A stretch of 64,000 nucleotides of DNA from an uncultured Chloroherpeton sp. (GTDB taxonomy: Bacteria; Bacteroidota; Ignavibacteria; Kapaibacteriales; UBA2268), in the NCBI GenBank assembly GCA_964500435.1, contig CAZCNL010000003.1, positions 40,664 to 104,663 on the forward strand, read 5' to 3'. Under the pieces are notes generated by a model. The model saw nothing but the letters and a program-made list of their open reading frames with translations, made no database searches and was not told the DNA's origin. Position numbers and translations under genes: made by a program. Below, in pieces: positions 1 to 11,800 of the stretch (position 1 is its first letter; each line of letters opens with the position of its first letter).

Positions 1-1
1 C

Positions 2-1294
2 TTTTGTCATATTTTGGACCAAACAGGAAAGATTCAAATTTACTTAAAAAAAGATGATATACCTGAATTTTATGATAAATTTAAATTACTCGATATTGGA
101 GATATAATCGGAGTACAAGGTTTTGTATTTAGAACCAAAACAGGGGAAATATCAATTCATTCGAAAAACGTACAATTACTTTGCAAATCAGTAACCCCTT
201 TGCCAGTTGCCAAGGAAGAAATAGATGAAAATGGAAATAAAATAGTTTATGACGCCTTTACTGATAAAGAAACAAGATATCGTCAGAGATATATTGATTT
301 AATCGTAAATTATGACATCAGAAAAACCTTTATTAATCGCTCCAAAATAATTAGTGAAATGCGGCGATATTTTGATTCGAAAGGTTGGTTGGAAGTAGAA
401 ACTCCAATATTACAGCCAATTTATGGAGGTGCCACCGCTCGTCCATTTGTAACTCACCATAATGCACTTGATATCCCACTTTATTTAAGAATTGCTGATG
501 AATTATATTTAAAAAGATTAATCGTTGGTGGTTTTGAAGGTGTTTATGAAATAAGTAAGAATTTCCGAAACGAAGGAATGGATAAGATGCATAATCCCGA
601 ATATACTGCTATGGAAATTTATATTGCATATAAGGATTATAATTGGATGATGGAAATGACGGAAGATTTAATTCATACAATTGCAAAAAATGTTTTTGGG
701 ACTACTAATTTTATTTACGATGGCAAGGAAATCTCATTCGAAAAGCCATTTAGAAGAGCAAAAATGTTCGATTTATTCCAAGAATATACAGGAGTAAATT
801 TCAGAGGAATAAGTTATGATGAATTACAGTCCTATATTAGCAAATATGATTTGGAAATACCGCCTAATTCGTCATATACTAAAATTTTAGATGAAATTTT
901 TAGCGAAAAAGTCCAACCACACTTAATTCAGCCAACCTTCGTTACTGATTATCCAATTGAAATTTCACCACTTGCCAAGAAACATCGCACAGAACAAGGA
1001 TTAGTAGAACGTTTTGAACTTTTTGTTAATGGTGGTGAACTTGCTAATGCTTTTTCTGAACTTAATGACCCAAGAGACCAAAGACAAAGATTAGAAGAGC
1101 AAGCCAAAGAAAGAGCAAAAGGTGATGATGAAGCAATGGTATTGGACGAAGATTTTTTAAATGCACTTGAAATTGGAATGCCTCCAACCGCAGGTTTAGG
1201 AATTGGAATTGACAGATTAGTTATGATTTTGACAGGCCAAACTTCAATTCGAGATGTATTGTTGTTTCCTACAATGAGACCGGAAAAAAGTTAA
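2..1294 (+). CDS. lysS: Lysine--tRNA ligase (class II), 5'-truncated by the window edge
   Basis: The frame is open from the window start. It has class-II aaRS motif 2 ([15 protein letters not shown]) and motif 3 ([13 protein letters not shown]), and an OB-fold anticodon-binding region at the N-terminus. About 70 aa are missing upstream. Confidence 0.9.
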   Translation, partial: FCHILDQTGKIQIYLKKDDIPEFYDKFKLLDIGDIIGVQGFVFRTKTGEISIHSKNVQLLCKSVTPLPVAKEEIDENGNKIVYDAFTDKETRYRQRYIDLIVNYDIRKTFINRSKIISEMRRYFDSKGWLEVETPILQPIYGGATARPFVTHHNALDIPLYLRIADELYLKRLIVGGFEGVYEISKNFRNEGMDKMHNPEYTAMEIYIAYKDYNWMMEMTEDLIHTIAKNVFGTTNFIYDGKEISFEKPFRRAKMFDLFQEYTGVNFRGISYDELQSYISKYDLEIPPNSSYTKILDEIFSEKVQPHLIQPTFVTDYPIEISPLAKKHRTEQGLVERFELFVNGGELANAFSELNDPRDQRQRLEEQAKERAKGDDEAMVLDEDFLNALEIGMPPTAGLGIGIDRLVMILTGQTSIRDVLLFPTMRPEKS

Positions 1295-1327
1295 GATAAA
1301 TTAAATTATACAATGTCCCTCAATGTT

Positions 1328-1358
1328 ATGTCCGATTAAATTCAATCGGACATTTTTA
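1328..1358 (+). terminator. Rho-independent terminator downstream of lysS
   Basis: A perfect 10-bp inverted repeat ATGTCCGATT/AATCGGACAT with a 6-nt loop, followed by TTTTT. Confidence 0.7.
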
Positions 1359-1541
1359 TATGAAAATAATGGAAATCTTTTTTCATCAATTTTATTTAAT
1401 ATCAATTCTTGTCAAAATATTACTAAGTAAATTTTTTTTATTAAATTTGAATTAATATTTCTTTTAAAAACAGACCAATTAAGTTTTTAGCTCATTTTTT
1501 CTATTTAATTCAATTATATTTATAAGTTTTAAGTTTTAAGT

Positions 1542-2783
1542 ATGAAAAAAATAATTTTAATTTTTATTTTCTTCCCAATGATATTATTATCTCAAGAGGA
1601 AAAACAAATAGAGGAAATACGTAATAATAGTATAAAAATATTTATCGATTGCAACCGATGTGATAATGATTATATTCGCAGAGAAATTCAGTTTGTGAAT
1701 TATGTGCGTATTCAACAAGATGCCGACGTTTATATATTAGTTACACAGCAAAGCACTGCGTCGCATGGATTTGAATTCGTATTTTATTTTATCGGACAAA
1801 ATAAATTTGAAGGAGTAAATGATACATTGAACTTAACTTCAAATTTAAATGAAACAACTGATGATATACGGCAAAATATGGTGCAAATAATCAAATTAGG
1901 ATTGATTAAATATGTATCTAAAACAGAAGTTTCTAAATTTATTTCAATAAATATAAATTTACCTGAACGAAAAGAAGAAATTGTAGATAAGTGGAATCAA
2001 TGGTATTTTAAGATTTCATCAGATATTTATACAAGTGGAGAAAAAATGTTTAGTTCATTAAATATTTGGTCAAATATCTCTGCAAGTAAAATTAATAATG
2101 ATTGGAAATATCAATTTTCACTATCAAATAGTTATAGCAATTCTCATTATAAATTAGACGATACTACAACAATTATTTCTGAAACACAGAGTTATTCATT
2201 TTATAATCTAATTGTTAAAAGTATTGACGAGCACTGGTCTTTTGGCGAAGAAATAAATTTGAAGTCAAGTAGTTATTCCAACTATAAATTAACTGCTTCA
2301 TTTATTCCTGCAATTGAATTCAATATTTTCCCATTTAGTGAATCTTCAAGAAGGGAATTTCGTTTCTTTTACGGAATTGGAATAAAACAAAACTATTATA
2401 TTGACACAACCATTTATCTTAAAACCCAAGAGTTGCTTTTCTTACAATCACTAAAAATGGGATTTCAAAAAATTGAACAATGGGGCTCTGCTTCATTTTA
2501 TGTTTATTGGTCTAATTATTTGAGTAATTTCAAATTAAACAATTTATCTTTAAATAGCTATATAAGTTGGAGGATATTTGGCGGTCTTTCCTTCAATATG
2601 AACGGTGGAATATCATTTATTCATGACCAAATAAATCTTCGAAAATCTACTGCTTCAAGTGAAGAAATTCTTACAAGGCAAAGACAATTGGAATCTCAAT
2701 ATAGTTATTGGCTTTCTGGTGGCATTTCTTATTCATTTGGTTCCATTTATAATAACATTGTAAACCCTCGATTTGATTTATAG
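1542..2783 (+). CDS. Hypothetical secreted protein, probable outer-membrane beta-barrel
   Basis: Signal peptide MKKIILIFIFFPMILLS with Q at +1. The C-terminal ~280 aa are Asn/Ser/Tyr-rich with alternating hydrophobic strands. No recognisable catalytic motif. Confidence 0.5.
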   Translation: MKKIILIFIFFPMILLSQEEKQIEEIRNNSIKIFIDCNRCDNDYIRREIQFVNYVRIQQDADVYILVTQQSTASHGFEFVFYFIGQNKFEGVNDTLNLTSNLNETTDDIRQNMVQIIKLGLIKYVSKTEVSKFISININLPERKEEIVDKWNQWYFKISSDIYTSGEKMFSSLNIWSNISASKINNDWKYQFSLSNSYSNSHYKLDDTTTIISETQSYSFYNLIVKSIDEHWSFGEEINLKSSSYSNYKLTASFIPAIEFNIFPFSESSRREFRFFYGIGIKQNYYIDTTIYLKTQELLFLQSLKMGFQKIEQWGSASFYVYWSNYLSNFKLNNLSLNSYISWRIFGGLSFNMNGGISFIHDQINLRKSTASSEEILTRQRQLESQYSYWLSGGISYSFGSIYNNIVNPRFDL

Positions 2784-3064
2784 TTTTCAAAGGTTGCTTT
2801 TGAAAATTTTCATATAAAATGATAAAGACATCTATTGAAATTCCTTTTTAACTCTCTATAAATTAATACTGTGTAATTTTAATTTTTTTATTAAGTGGAA
2901 AACTTGTTTATTTATTTAACTATCTGCAATATATATATTTATAACATTGTTAATATACATTAACTTAACTTTAACATATTTTAACTTGAACCAAACATAA
3001 ACTAAATACTAAAAGAGGAATTTTGTATTATGATTATTTGGTTGATTAATTATTAGGTTAAGTT

Positions 3065-5968
3065 ATGAAAAATTCCAACAAAATTTACTATCTATTACTT
3101 CTACTTTTTTCAGTTCACATCGCATTTGCGGAAAACGGTACTATTACTGGTAAAATATACGATGAATCAGCAGGTACCACACTTCCTAAGGCAACAATTG
3201 TTGTTAAAGGAACCAAACTTGGAACGTATTCCGATATTAAAGGTGAATTCAAAATTAAAAATGTGCCTTTCGGAACATATACTCTTGAAGCAAGATATAT
3301 TGGATATCAAACGAAGGAAATTAAAAATGTAGTTGTTAATGGAAATATCGATGACATTCAAATTGTTCTGAGTCCACAAGTTTCACAAGGAAAAGAAATA
3401 GTCGTTGAGGAAAAAAGAGTCAATGACAACGAAGCGGCAATATTAGCACAAAGGAAAAATGCGAATCAAGTTAGTGATGGGATATCCATTCAAGAAATTA
3501 AGAGAACTGACGATGGCGACGCTGGACAATCTTTAAAGAGAGTTGCGGGAATAACGCTTGTAAATGATAAGTTCGTTTATATTCGAGGAACAAGTGAGAG
3601 ATACAGCAACACCACATTAAATGGCGCATCATTAGCATCAACAGAGCCTGACAAAAAAGCATTTGCTTTTGATATGTTCCCGAGTGATTTTTTACAAAGT
3701 GCACAAGTTATTAAATCATTTACTCCTGATTTACCCGCAAATTTTGCAGGTGGATTAGTGGAATTAAATACAATTGATTTTCCTCAAAAAAAGAATATTG
3801 GCTTTAATATTTCTTCTGGTCTTAATTCGCAAACAACTTTTCAAGATAATAAATTTATTTCGTTCCCAGGAAGCAATGCAAGCTGGTTAGGCTTTGACAA
3901 AAACTATTTTTCTTACCCAACAAATACTCCTAATAGCCCAGAAGCAATGAGGAATTTGTTGTTTAATGATTTGAAATCAACTGACCCAACTATTCAGAAA
4001 GCGGCAGAACAGCAATGGTTCCAAATGGGTAAGTCATTTAAAGATGATGTGTGGGACCCAAAAAAATACACAGCAAATCCAAATATGGGATTAAGTTTGT
4101 CATATGCTGATATTTTTTCAGTTGCTGAAAATGATTTAGGTCTTGTTGCAACTGTTAACTATGGTAACTCCCGTACGTTTTTGCCAATTTATAGAAGTGT
4201 ACTTTATTCAAATGGCAACGACCTTTATTATTATAGTGATGGCGTACAATCAACTTATTCTACGAATTTAGGAAGTTTAGTTAATATTTCATATAAAATT
4301 GGCAAAGCAAGTTCAATTAGTTTTAAAAATACATTCAATAATACAAGTGATTGGGAAGTAATCCAAATTAAAGGTAAAAAAGAAGTTAATTACATAATGC
4401 AAATGAGTATGGAATATCTTCAAAAAACGATATTTTCATCTCAACTTACAGGAGAGCATTTATTAGATTTTCAAAATTCACAAATTAATTGGCGATTAGG
4501 TTATTCATTTTCCAATAGAGAACAACCTGATTTAAGACGGGTTCGTTATTCAACAAATGATACAACACAACCATATCGTTTAGACCTTTACAGTTTACCC
4601 CAAGGAAATAGTAGTCAAGCAGGGCGATTTTATTCATCATTAAATGAAAATGCATACTCTGGAGGTCTGGACTATAAAATTCCATTTGGTAATTTAAATT
4701 TGAAAATTGGAACTTTAATTGAAAATAAGCATCGTGATTTTAAAGTTAGGTCATTTACAATTGTAGAAACTAAAAGCATAATCCGTTCATATTACGACGA
4801 AAGTGCAGGATATTATGTTAAAAATTATACAGACCCTCAAGTAACTGATTTATATTATATCAATGATTTAAACGAAATGAACCCAGCAATTATCTTTAAT
4901 CCAAATAATTTTTATTTGCATGGATTAGGGTTAAGCGAAGATACTAAAAATACAGATTCATATAAGGCAAACGAAAGCATTTATGCAGGTTATTTTATGG
5001 TTGATTTTCCAGTCGATTTGTTTTCAAGAAAGTTAAAAGTAATTGCTGGAGCAAGATACGAAGTCAGCCAGCAATTACTCAATAATTATTATCCATTTTA
5101 CAATCAAGAAACAAAGACTTATTATGATTCAAATTTCGTAAATAAACAATTTAATGATATTTTACCTTCATTGAACCTTGTTTACGAACTTAATAATAAA
5201 ATGAATTTAAGGGCTTCGGCAACACAAACCTTAGCAAGACCATCACTTAGAGAATATGCACCATTTACATTTTATGATTTTCTTTTCCAAAGTAATGTGA
5301 AGGGAAATCCAAATTTGAAAAGAGCATTGATTCAAAATTATGATTTACGCTATGAATGGTTCACAAATCCTGGTGAAATATTCTCAGTGAGCGCTTTTTA
5401 CAAAATTTTCGACAATGCAATAGAAGAAACAATTTTGCCAACATCAAGCGAATATGACCGGACATTCACAAATGCTCAAGGTAAAGCATATAATTATGGG
5501 ATAGAATTAGAAGCAAGAAAGAACTTAGGATTCCTTGCCGATTTCTTAAGTTATTTAAGCGTTAATGCGAATTTATCATTAATTAAATCTGAAATTACTG
5601 TCCAACAAGTTGCTAAAAAAGATACAAGACCAATGTGGGGACAATCTCCATACTCAATTAACCTTGGACTATATTATTTCAATCCTGAAATTGGCACATC
5701 ATTCAATTTAGCATACAATACTTACGGAAAAAGAATAATTCAAGTAGCAGACGTTGCAGCATATTCATTTGCAAACCCACATATTTACGAGATGCCAAGA
5801 AATATGGTTGATATATCTTTATCGCAAAAGTTATTTGAGTTTGTTAATCTTAAATTATCTGTTAAGAATTTGTTAAATGATGAGCTTGTTTGGGAACAAA
5901 ATGGCAAACAAGTAGCAACAAATCTTTACGGAACAAACTATAATTTGAGCTTTGATATTAAATTTTAA
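3065..5968 (+). CDS. TonB-dependent receptor, SusC/RagA-like, with N-terminal carboxypeptidase-regulatory-like domain
   Basis: Signal peptide, then a CarbopepD_reg-like segment (GTITGKIYDE...KGTKLGTYSDIKGEFKIKNVPFGTYTLEARYIGY). A plug domain follows (DGISIQEIKRTDDGDAGQSLKRVAGITL...YIRGTSERYSNTTLNGASL). A long beta-barrel ends in a terminal Phe. Length 967 aa. Confidence 0.85.
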   Translation: MKNSNKIYYLLLLLFSVHIAFAENGTITGKIYDESAGTTLPKATIVVKGTKLGTYSDIKGEFKIKNVPFGTYTLEARYIGYQTKEIKNVVVNGNIDDIQIVLSPQVSQGKEIVVEEKRVNDNEAAILAQRKNANQVSDGISIQEIKRTDDGDAGQSLKRVAGITLVNDKFVYIRGTSERYSNTTLNGASLASTEPDKKAFAFDMFPSDFLQSAQVIKSFTPDLPANFAGGLVELNTIDFPQKKNIGFNISSGLNSQTTFQDNKFISFPGSNASWLGFDKNYFSYPTNTPNSPEAMRNLLFNDLKSTDPTIQKAAEQQWFQMGKSFKDDVWDPKKYTANPNMGLSLSYADIFSVAENDLGLVATVNYGNSRTFLPIYRSVLYSNGNDLYYYSDGVQSTYSTNLGSLVNISYKIGKASSISFKNTFNNTSDWEVIQIKGKKEVNYIMQMSMEYLQKTIFSSQLTGEHLLDFQNSQINWRLGYSFSNREQPDLRRVRYSTNDTTQPYRLDLYSLPQGNSSQAGRFYSSLNENAYSGGLDYKIPFGNLNLKIGTLIENKHRDFKVRSFTIVETKSIIRSYYDESAGYYVKNYTDPQVTDLYYINDLNEMNPAIIFNPNNFYLHGLGLSEDTKNTDSYKANESIYAGYFMVDFPVDLFSRKLKVIAGARYEVSQQLLNNYYPFYNQETKTYYDSNFVNKQFNDILPSLNLVYELNNKMNLRASATQTLARPSLREYAPFTFYDFLFQSNVKGNPNLKRALIQNYDLRYEWFTNPGEIFSVSAFYKIFDNAIEETILPTSSEYDRTFTNAQGKAYNYGIELEARKNLGFLADFLSYLSVNANLSLIKSEITVQQVAKKDTRPMWGQSPYSINLGLYYFNPEIGTSFNLAYNTYGKRIIQVADVAAYSFANPHIYEMPRNMVDISLSQKLFEFVNLKLSVKNLLNDELVWEQNGKQVATNLYGTNYNLSFDIKF

Positions 5969-5992
5969 TTTCTTATAAATAAAGGATTTTTT

Positions 5993-8023
5993 ATGTATCG
6001 TATTTTCCTAATATTAATAGCAGTTACTATGATTACATATAGTAACTTCGCAGCTCCAGTAATTCAAATAACTTCACCTCAAGCAGGTGAAAGTTATAAA
6101 ATTGGCCGAACAGTAACAATCAAATGGAACACTCAAGGAACTAACACATTGAAAGAGACTTTCAAGTTTTATGCCAGTACAGAAGGACCTAACGGACCTT
6201 GGACATTACTAACTCTTCCAAAAGGGGTGACAGAACTAAAAGATGTTAGCTCCGATACAACAAAACCCCTCGGTTCAGTAAACACAGTATTCCCAAGAAA
6301 AGCAACAAAGAATTTATATTTAAAAATGGCTTGGAAAAATGACGAGAATGTTAACAACGTTGTAGGACCAATTGAAATTACAGCACCTTTACCAACAAAA
6401 GTAGATTCTGTTCTTACAGGAGATATTACAAATACGATAACTTTATCATCAAATAAAATCTACGGATTAAAAGGAATAGTCTTTGTTCAAAGGGGTGGAG
6501 TTTTGAGAATAGAGCCTGGTACAATTATAATGGGTGAAATTGGTAATACAAGTGCAATTTGTGTCAACCGTGGCGGTATAATTTATGCAAATGGAACACC
6601 ACAAAAACCAATAGTTATGACAAGTGCTGCACCTCCAGGACAAAGAGATAGAGGCGATTGGGGCGGATTGTTATTAATGGGAAAAGCAAAAACGAACTTA
6701 GTCGAAGCTCCTATTGAAGGTGGAATTGCAGACGGACAAGACGTTAAAAAGAATGGCTGGTATGGTGGCGACGATGACGCTGATAGTAGTGGAATTTTGC
6801 GATTTGTTCGTGTTGAATTCGCTGGTATTGCTGAATCTCCAGATAATGAATTAAATGGTCTAACATTTGGAGCCGTTGGAAATCGAACTGTAATTGAAAA
6901 TGTACAAGTGTCATACTCAGGAGATGATTCATTTGAATGGTTTGGTGGTTCTGTTAATTGCAAGAGAATTATTGCATACAATGGAATAGATGATGATTTT
7001 GATACAGACAATGGTTTCAGAGGTAAAGTGCAATTTGGACTTTCCAAGCGTTTTGCAGATATTGCAGACCAATCAAATAGTGAAGCTTACGAAAGTGATA
7101 ATGATTCAAAATCAAGTGAAAGGCAGCCTTTCACTGGTGCAATTTTTTCGAATATGACCAACATTGGACCAATTAGCGATTTAACAATGGAACCTGGAAC
7201 AGGTCCGAATAAGTATAATCCCAAATTTTTAACTGCTGTCCAAATACGTAGAAATTCACGAATGAATTTATATAATTCATTAATCGTTGGTTGGCCTCGT
7301 GGTGTTGAATTAACAAATCAAAATACAGTTCGTGCTGCTAATAATGATTCTATCCATGTACGTTATTGCAATTTCTATGGAATAAAAGATGAAACAAAGT
7401 TCTTTTATTTCCCAAGTGGTACAAATCCTGATGGAAAAGTTACAAACGATTGGTTAAGTTCAGTTGAAAAAGGAAATATCTTTTTAAATGCAAGTGGTGA
7501 TTTAGATGATGTAGCTCATCTAAAAAATGCTTTTAGTGATGAATTATCATTATTCGACCCAAGTCCAACAGCTGATGCTCCATACTTAAATAATGCTAAT
7601 TATGATAGTGACCCAATTGTAGATATTGCAAATCCATATTTTGATAAAGTTCCATATCGTGGTGCATTTGCATTTGGAGAAAGATGGGATTTGCCTTGGG
7701 CTGAATATGACCCAGTGAATGTGGAATATAAAGCCACAAGTGTAGAAGATAATAATTCAGAACCTGCATTTAATTTATCATTATATCCACAACCAGCAAC
7801 TGATCTGCTTGCTGTTAATTATTATTTACTAAATAATACGAATGTAACTTTAAAAATTATTGATACTTATGGGAATGTTCTGACAACATTCGAACAAGGT
7901 CAACAACCAATTGGGTACTATAATTTAAATATAAATTTATCAACTTTATCAAACGGACTATACTTTGTTCAAATGATAACTAACAATGGCTTTACATCAC
8001 AAAAATTTGTTGTTGTCAAGTAA
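5993..8023 (+). CDS. Secreted cell-surface protein with C-terminal T9SS (Por) type-A sorting domain
   Basis: N-terminal signal peptide. The C-terminal ~80 aa (LYPQPATDLLAVNYYLLNNTNVTLKIIDTYGNVLTT...GLYFVQMITNNGFTSQKFVVVK) match the T9SS CTD pattern. Lies 25 nt downstream of the TonB receptor on the same strand. Confidence 0.7.
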   Translation: MYRIFLILIAVTMITYSNFAAPVIQITSPQAGESYKIGRTVTIKWNTQGTNTLKETFKFYASTEGPNGPWTLLTLPKGVTELKDVSSDTTKPLGSVNTVFPRKATKNLYLKMAWKNDENVNNVVGPIEITAPLPTKVDSVLTGDITNTITLSSNKIYGLKGIVFVQRGGVLRIEPGTIIMGEIGNTSAICVNRGGIIYANGTPQKPIVMTSAAPPGQRDRGDWGGLLLMGKAKTNLVEAPIEGGIADGQDVKKNGWYGGDDDADSSGILRFVRVEFAGIAESPDNELNGLTFGAVGNRTVIENVQVSYSGDDSFEWFGGSVNCKRIIAYNGIDDDFDTDNGFRGKVQFGLSKRFADIADQSNSEAYESDNDSKSSERQPFTGAIFSNMTNIGPISDLTMEPGTGPNKYNPKFLTAVQIRRNSRMNLYNSLIVGWPRGVELTNQNTVRAANNDSIHVRYCNFYGIKDETKFFYFPSGTNPDGKVTNDWLSSVEKGNIFLNASGDLDDVAHLKNAFSDELSLFDPSPTADAPYLNNANYDSDPIVDIANPYFDKVPYRGAFAFGERWDLPWAEYDPVNVEYKATSVEDNNSEPAFNLSLYPQPATDLLAVNYYLLNNTNVTLKIIDTYGNVLTTFEQGQQPIGYYNLNINLSTLSNGLYFVQMITNNGFTSQKFVVVK

Positions 8024-8053
8024 AATTAATTAATCATACCTAATAATCAACAA

Positions 8054-8095
8054 AGCAGGGTATTCTAATTGGGTGCCCTGCTGCGTTATTTTATT
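8054..8095 (+). terminator. Putative intrinsic terminator after the 5993..8023 gene
   Basis: GC-rich stem AGCAGGG/CCCTGCT with a long loop, followed by GCGTTATTTTATT. Confidence 0.45.
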
Positions 8096-8153
8096 ATACT
8101 CTTGTTATAATAAAATTATCTATTGAATTGAAATTATAAAGAAGTAACAAATG

Positions 8154-8861
8154 TTATTTTTCTTTATGAAGCTTTTTAATTTTTAGAATTTCGATTAGCA
8201 TATTAATTGAGTCAAAGAATGGATTTACTTTACTTTGCTCGTCATTATACCACTCAACAGGGACTTCTTTTATTTTTAAATGAAGTTTATTCGCCAAATA
8301 TAGCATCTCGACATCGAAGCTAAAGCCGTTCACAAGTGCTTTAGAAAAAATTGTTTGTGCAGCGTTTTTAGTTAAAAGTTTAAACCCACATTGAGTATCT
8401 CTTATACCTTTTATAACGAGAAACTGGACAATTTTATTAAATGTTTTGCCCATAATTTCCCGGTAAAATGGTTGATGGATTTTGATTTGTGAGTAATCAA
8501 TAGCACGACTTCCGATTACAACGTCGAAGCCTTCTTCAATAAAAGGAAGCAATTTTTCGATTTCATAAATTGGAGTGGATGAATCAGCATCAGTAAATAA
8601 GACTATATCCCCACTTGCGGCAAGCATACCAGTTCTAACTGCTGCACCTTTTCCCATATTTTGTCCCAATTTGATAACGTTTACTGTTGGGGCAAAATTT
8701 TGGGAAATAGATGCAGTGTTATCTTTAGAACCATCATCAACAATGATTATCTCGTAAGCATTATTTTTACTGTTAAAATATGCAATAATTTTTTTCAATG
8801 TATCGGGCAATCGCTTTTCTTCGTTATATGCTGGAATTACAATAGAAATCATACTAATCAA
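8154..8861 (-). CDS. GT2 glycosyltransferase, polyprenyl-phosphate sugar transferase type (GtrB/ArnC/Dpm1-like)
   Basis: N-terminal IVIPAYNEE...VDDGSKDNT...TDAD motifs of the GT-A DxD fold. Its ~235 aa length is typical of polyisoprenyl-phosphate glycosyltransferases. Starts 7 nt after the upstream DUF2723 gene. Confidence 0.75.
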   Translation of the reverse strand: MISMISIVIPAYNEEKRLPDTLKKIIAYFNSKNNAYEIIIVDDGSKDNTASISQNFAPTVNVIKLGQNMGKGAAVRTGMLAASGDIVLFTDADSSTPIYEIEKLLPFIEEGFDVVIGSRAIDYSQIKIHQPFYREIMGKTFNKIVQFLVIKGIRDTQCGFKLLTKNAAQTIFSKALVNGFSFDVEMLYLANKLHLKIKEVPVEWYNDEQSKVNPFFDSINMLIEILKIKKLHKEK

Positions 8862-8868
8862 TTAATGC

Positions 8869-11800
8869 TTATTTTGTTGAATCATTATTTGTAATATTAT
8901 TCACGAATGCTTCAAGTTGCCGTGCTAACATAATGGAATCTGGATTATTTGTGTTTTGCAATCTTTCAATTGTTTTATTTATAAAATCAATTCGACCTTT
9001 TTTACCACCTGCAGCTTCTGCTTGTTCCATTTGAATCATCAACACTTTCTTTTTGATATTATTCATATTTTCAACAAGGTATTGTTGATAACCAGCATAT
9101 TGTGGGTCGGATTTAATATCTTGAAGCATTTGTGAAGCCATAGCATATTCCATATTCAATTTTTCGATGGTTAATTTATAATCTTTTATTAAATATGCCA
9201 TATCGGCCATAGTTGTGTAAGGACCTCGATAGCGTCCCAAAAGCTCATAAAATTGCATTTCCTTCATTATTTGGTTATTTGCTAAAGCAGTTTCAACTAA
9301 GTTGATAGACATTTCAGCAAATTTCTTTGCCATTTGTTTATTATTCATTTTATCATATAAATCAGCTACTTGGGCAGTCATTTCCCAATCCATAGGGAAT
9401 AAGTCAACAGAAATAAGCTTATTCATTAATTCCAATGCTTTATTTGCTTTTACTGTATCTTTTTGTATTGTTAAAACATTTTGAGCATAATCAAGGAAAA
9501 TTAATCTGTAACCCAAAATTGAGCGTCTGTGGACTTCATCATAGTAAACTGATGGGTCATTTAAATTTCTGAATTTAAATCCGTAATGTGGTTCTTTATG
9601 GAAATTATTTGAGTTGTCATAATTAAATAAACATTTTTCGGTAATGTTAATATCTAAGTCAGATGCTTTGCCACGTGGTTGTTTTACTGGTGTTATCCTT
9701 AAAGCAAGACCGCCACGGACTAAGAAATCTTCTAATCCAATATATACATCGGAACCAACTGTTGCAGAGAAGTAAATTGGTCTTTTGAACATATTTGTTT
9801 TCAAAATGTCAAAGATTAATTTATCTTGAACACGGAATAAATAAATCATTTTACCTTCATTTTCACGGTATTGCTCGCCTTTATATGTAAAGGTCATTTT
9901 GCTATTTTCAATTAATTGTGGGTCGTTAGTATATTGCTTCATAATTTCTTTAGGAATATTCAAAGTAACTTCACGAGCTTCTCCGAACTCATAACTATAG
10001 GCTCTTGGGTCAGTTTCATCATATACTTTCAAACTATCATCAGGGATTGAAATTGGCACTTTCTTGGCGCCCCAAGGTTCTCGATTTTTAAGTTGGTCAA
10101 TGTACCATAAAGTATTTCCTAATGATAAATTAACAATTCTAACATCACGACGTACACCTTCTACATCTTGCAAAAACCAGACGGGAAATGTGTCGTTATC
10201 TCCATTTGTAAACAAGATGGCATCTTTTTCTACACTTTGCAAGATATTATATGAGTAATCAAATGGGAAATAATTTCCAGCACGACTGTGTATTTTCCAA
10301 CCTTGAGCTCCCATATTTATTGGTACAAGTAACATTGAAATGGCAACTATTGTGGCTGGAACAAAATTTTTATTATAGTTTTTCTTTAATGAATCAATTA
10401 TTGAATAAACACCGAGTCCAATCCACATCGTCCATACCATAAATGCACCAGCATAGAAATAATCACGTTCACGAGGTTGAGGTTCTTGTTGATTTTGTTG
10501 GATAGCAGCAAGGACACCCATCATAAGAAACATAACTAAATAAATAAAAGCCATTTTGGGGTCTTTGTTGAAATGGAAAAACAAACCAAGAAGACCAAAA
10601 AGTAATGGAATTGCAAAAAATCTTACAGGGAATAAATTTTTGTAACCATTATTAATATTCAAAACATCAGCTTCTCGGGTATCGAACCAAGATGCGCCAG
10701 CATCTTGTATGTCAGAAGAACGACCAACAAAGTTCCAAAAGAAATAACGCAAAAACATATGGTCAATTTGGTATTTCCATAGATAATTCAGTTCTCCACT
10801 TGTATTTACGTTAGTGAAATCATTGGCTAAATATCCTGTTCCATCTGACTTATATACTTCTTTTTTAGTAGGAGGATTCCAAGGACCATAAACATAATTA
10901 CCCTTATCGTCTTGCTTATTATAATTGCGGACATAGTAACTATCTGTTTGGTAACGACGTGGCCACATTGGTGCTTCGCCATATTGCTCCCGACCGAGAT
11001 AGGAAACTAATCTTTCAATGTTTTTGGGTTCGTTTTCGTTCATCGGAGGATTGGAATTTGATCTAATTAAAATCTGTGTGTAAGTTGTATAGCCTATTAT
11101 CATTAATAAAAATGATGAGGCGACCAAACCAATTATATATCTTGATTTCTTTTGACTATACCACAGATAATATCCTGCAAGAATTACTAATATTATTGGG
11201 ATCAATCTTAAAAACAAACTGTCTGTAATTATGTATTCATGTGCATCATTTTTTGTGGGAGAATGCCCTGCAAGTAAAGCTGGAATCCATTTGACTATAC
11301 CAGGATAAATTATTGAAAAAATGATTATGGAAATAATACTAACAACTATAAATGATACTGGTTTGATTTGATATTTTCTAAAGTAAACTAAATAAACAAG
11401 TGAAAATATGGTTAATATTGATAGTAAATGGACGCCCGTTGATAATCCAATAAGATAAGCTATTAATAATAAATACTTTTCGTGTCCTGGATTATCGGCT
11501 TCTTCGTTCCATCTCATCATCAAATAAATGATTAAAGCAACAAATAAATTTGAAGAGGCATAAACTTCGGATTCAACTCCATTAAACCAAAATGTATCAC
11601 TAAAATTAAAAGCCAAAGCCGCTACTAACGATGAACCATAAACAGATATTGCTTCATAGGTTGTTTCGACTTTTTTCCCCATTAAATTTTCGATAATTCT
11701 ATAAGTAATCAAATAAACAAGCAAGATAATGAATGCATCGGCGAAAACCGAGGTCATATTAATTTTCCAACCTGGGTCGCCAAATGGTAAAAATAAATGG

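Noticed and set aside
2784-3064. A cobalamin or other riboswitch upstream of the TonB-dependent receptor.
   Set aside because: The leader is uniformly AT-rich with no conserved GC-rich helices or B12-box-like sequence.
6583-7047. A 154-aa antisense ORF inside the 5993..8023 gene. Similar embedded ORFs occur at 3126..3379, 51784..52146, 58969..59304, 61026..61400, 23431..23754 and 63223..63547.
   Set aside because: Each is fully nested on the opposite strand of a CDS with strong family-level motifs. The sequences are low-complexity with no start context or motifs. They are treated as spurious.
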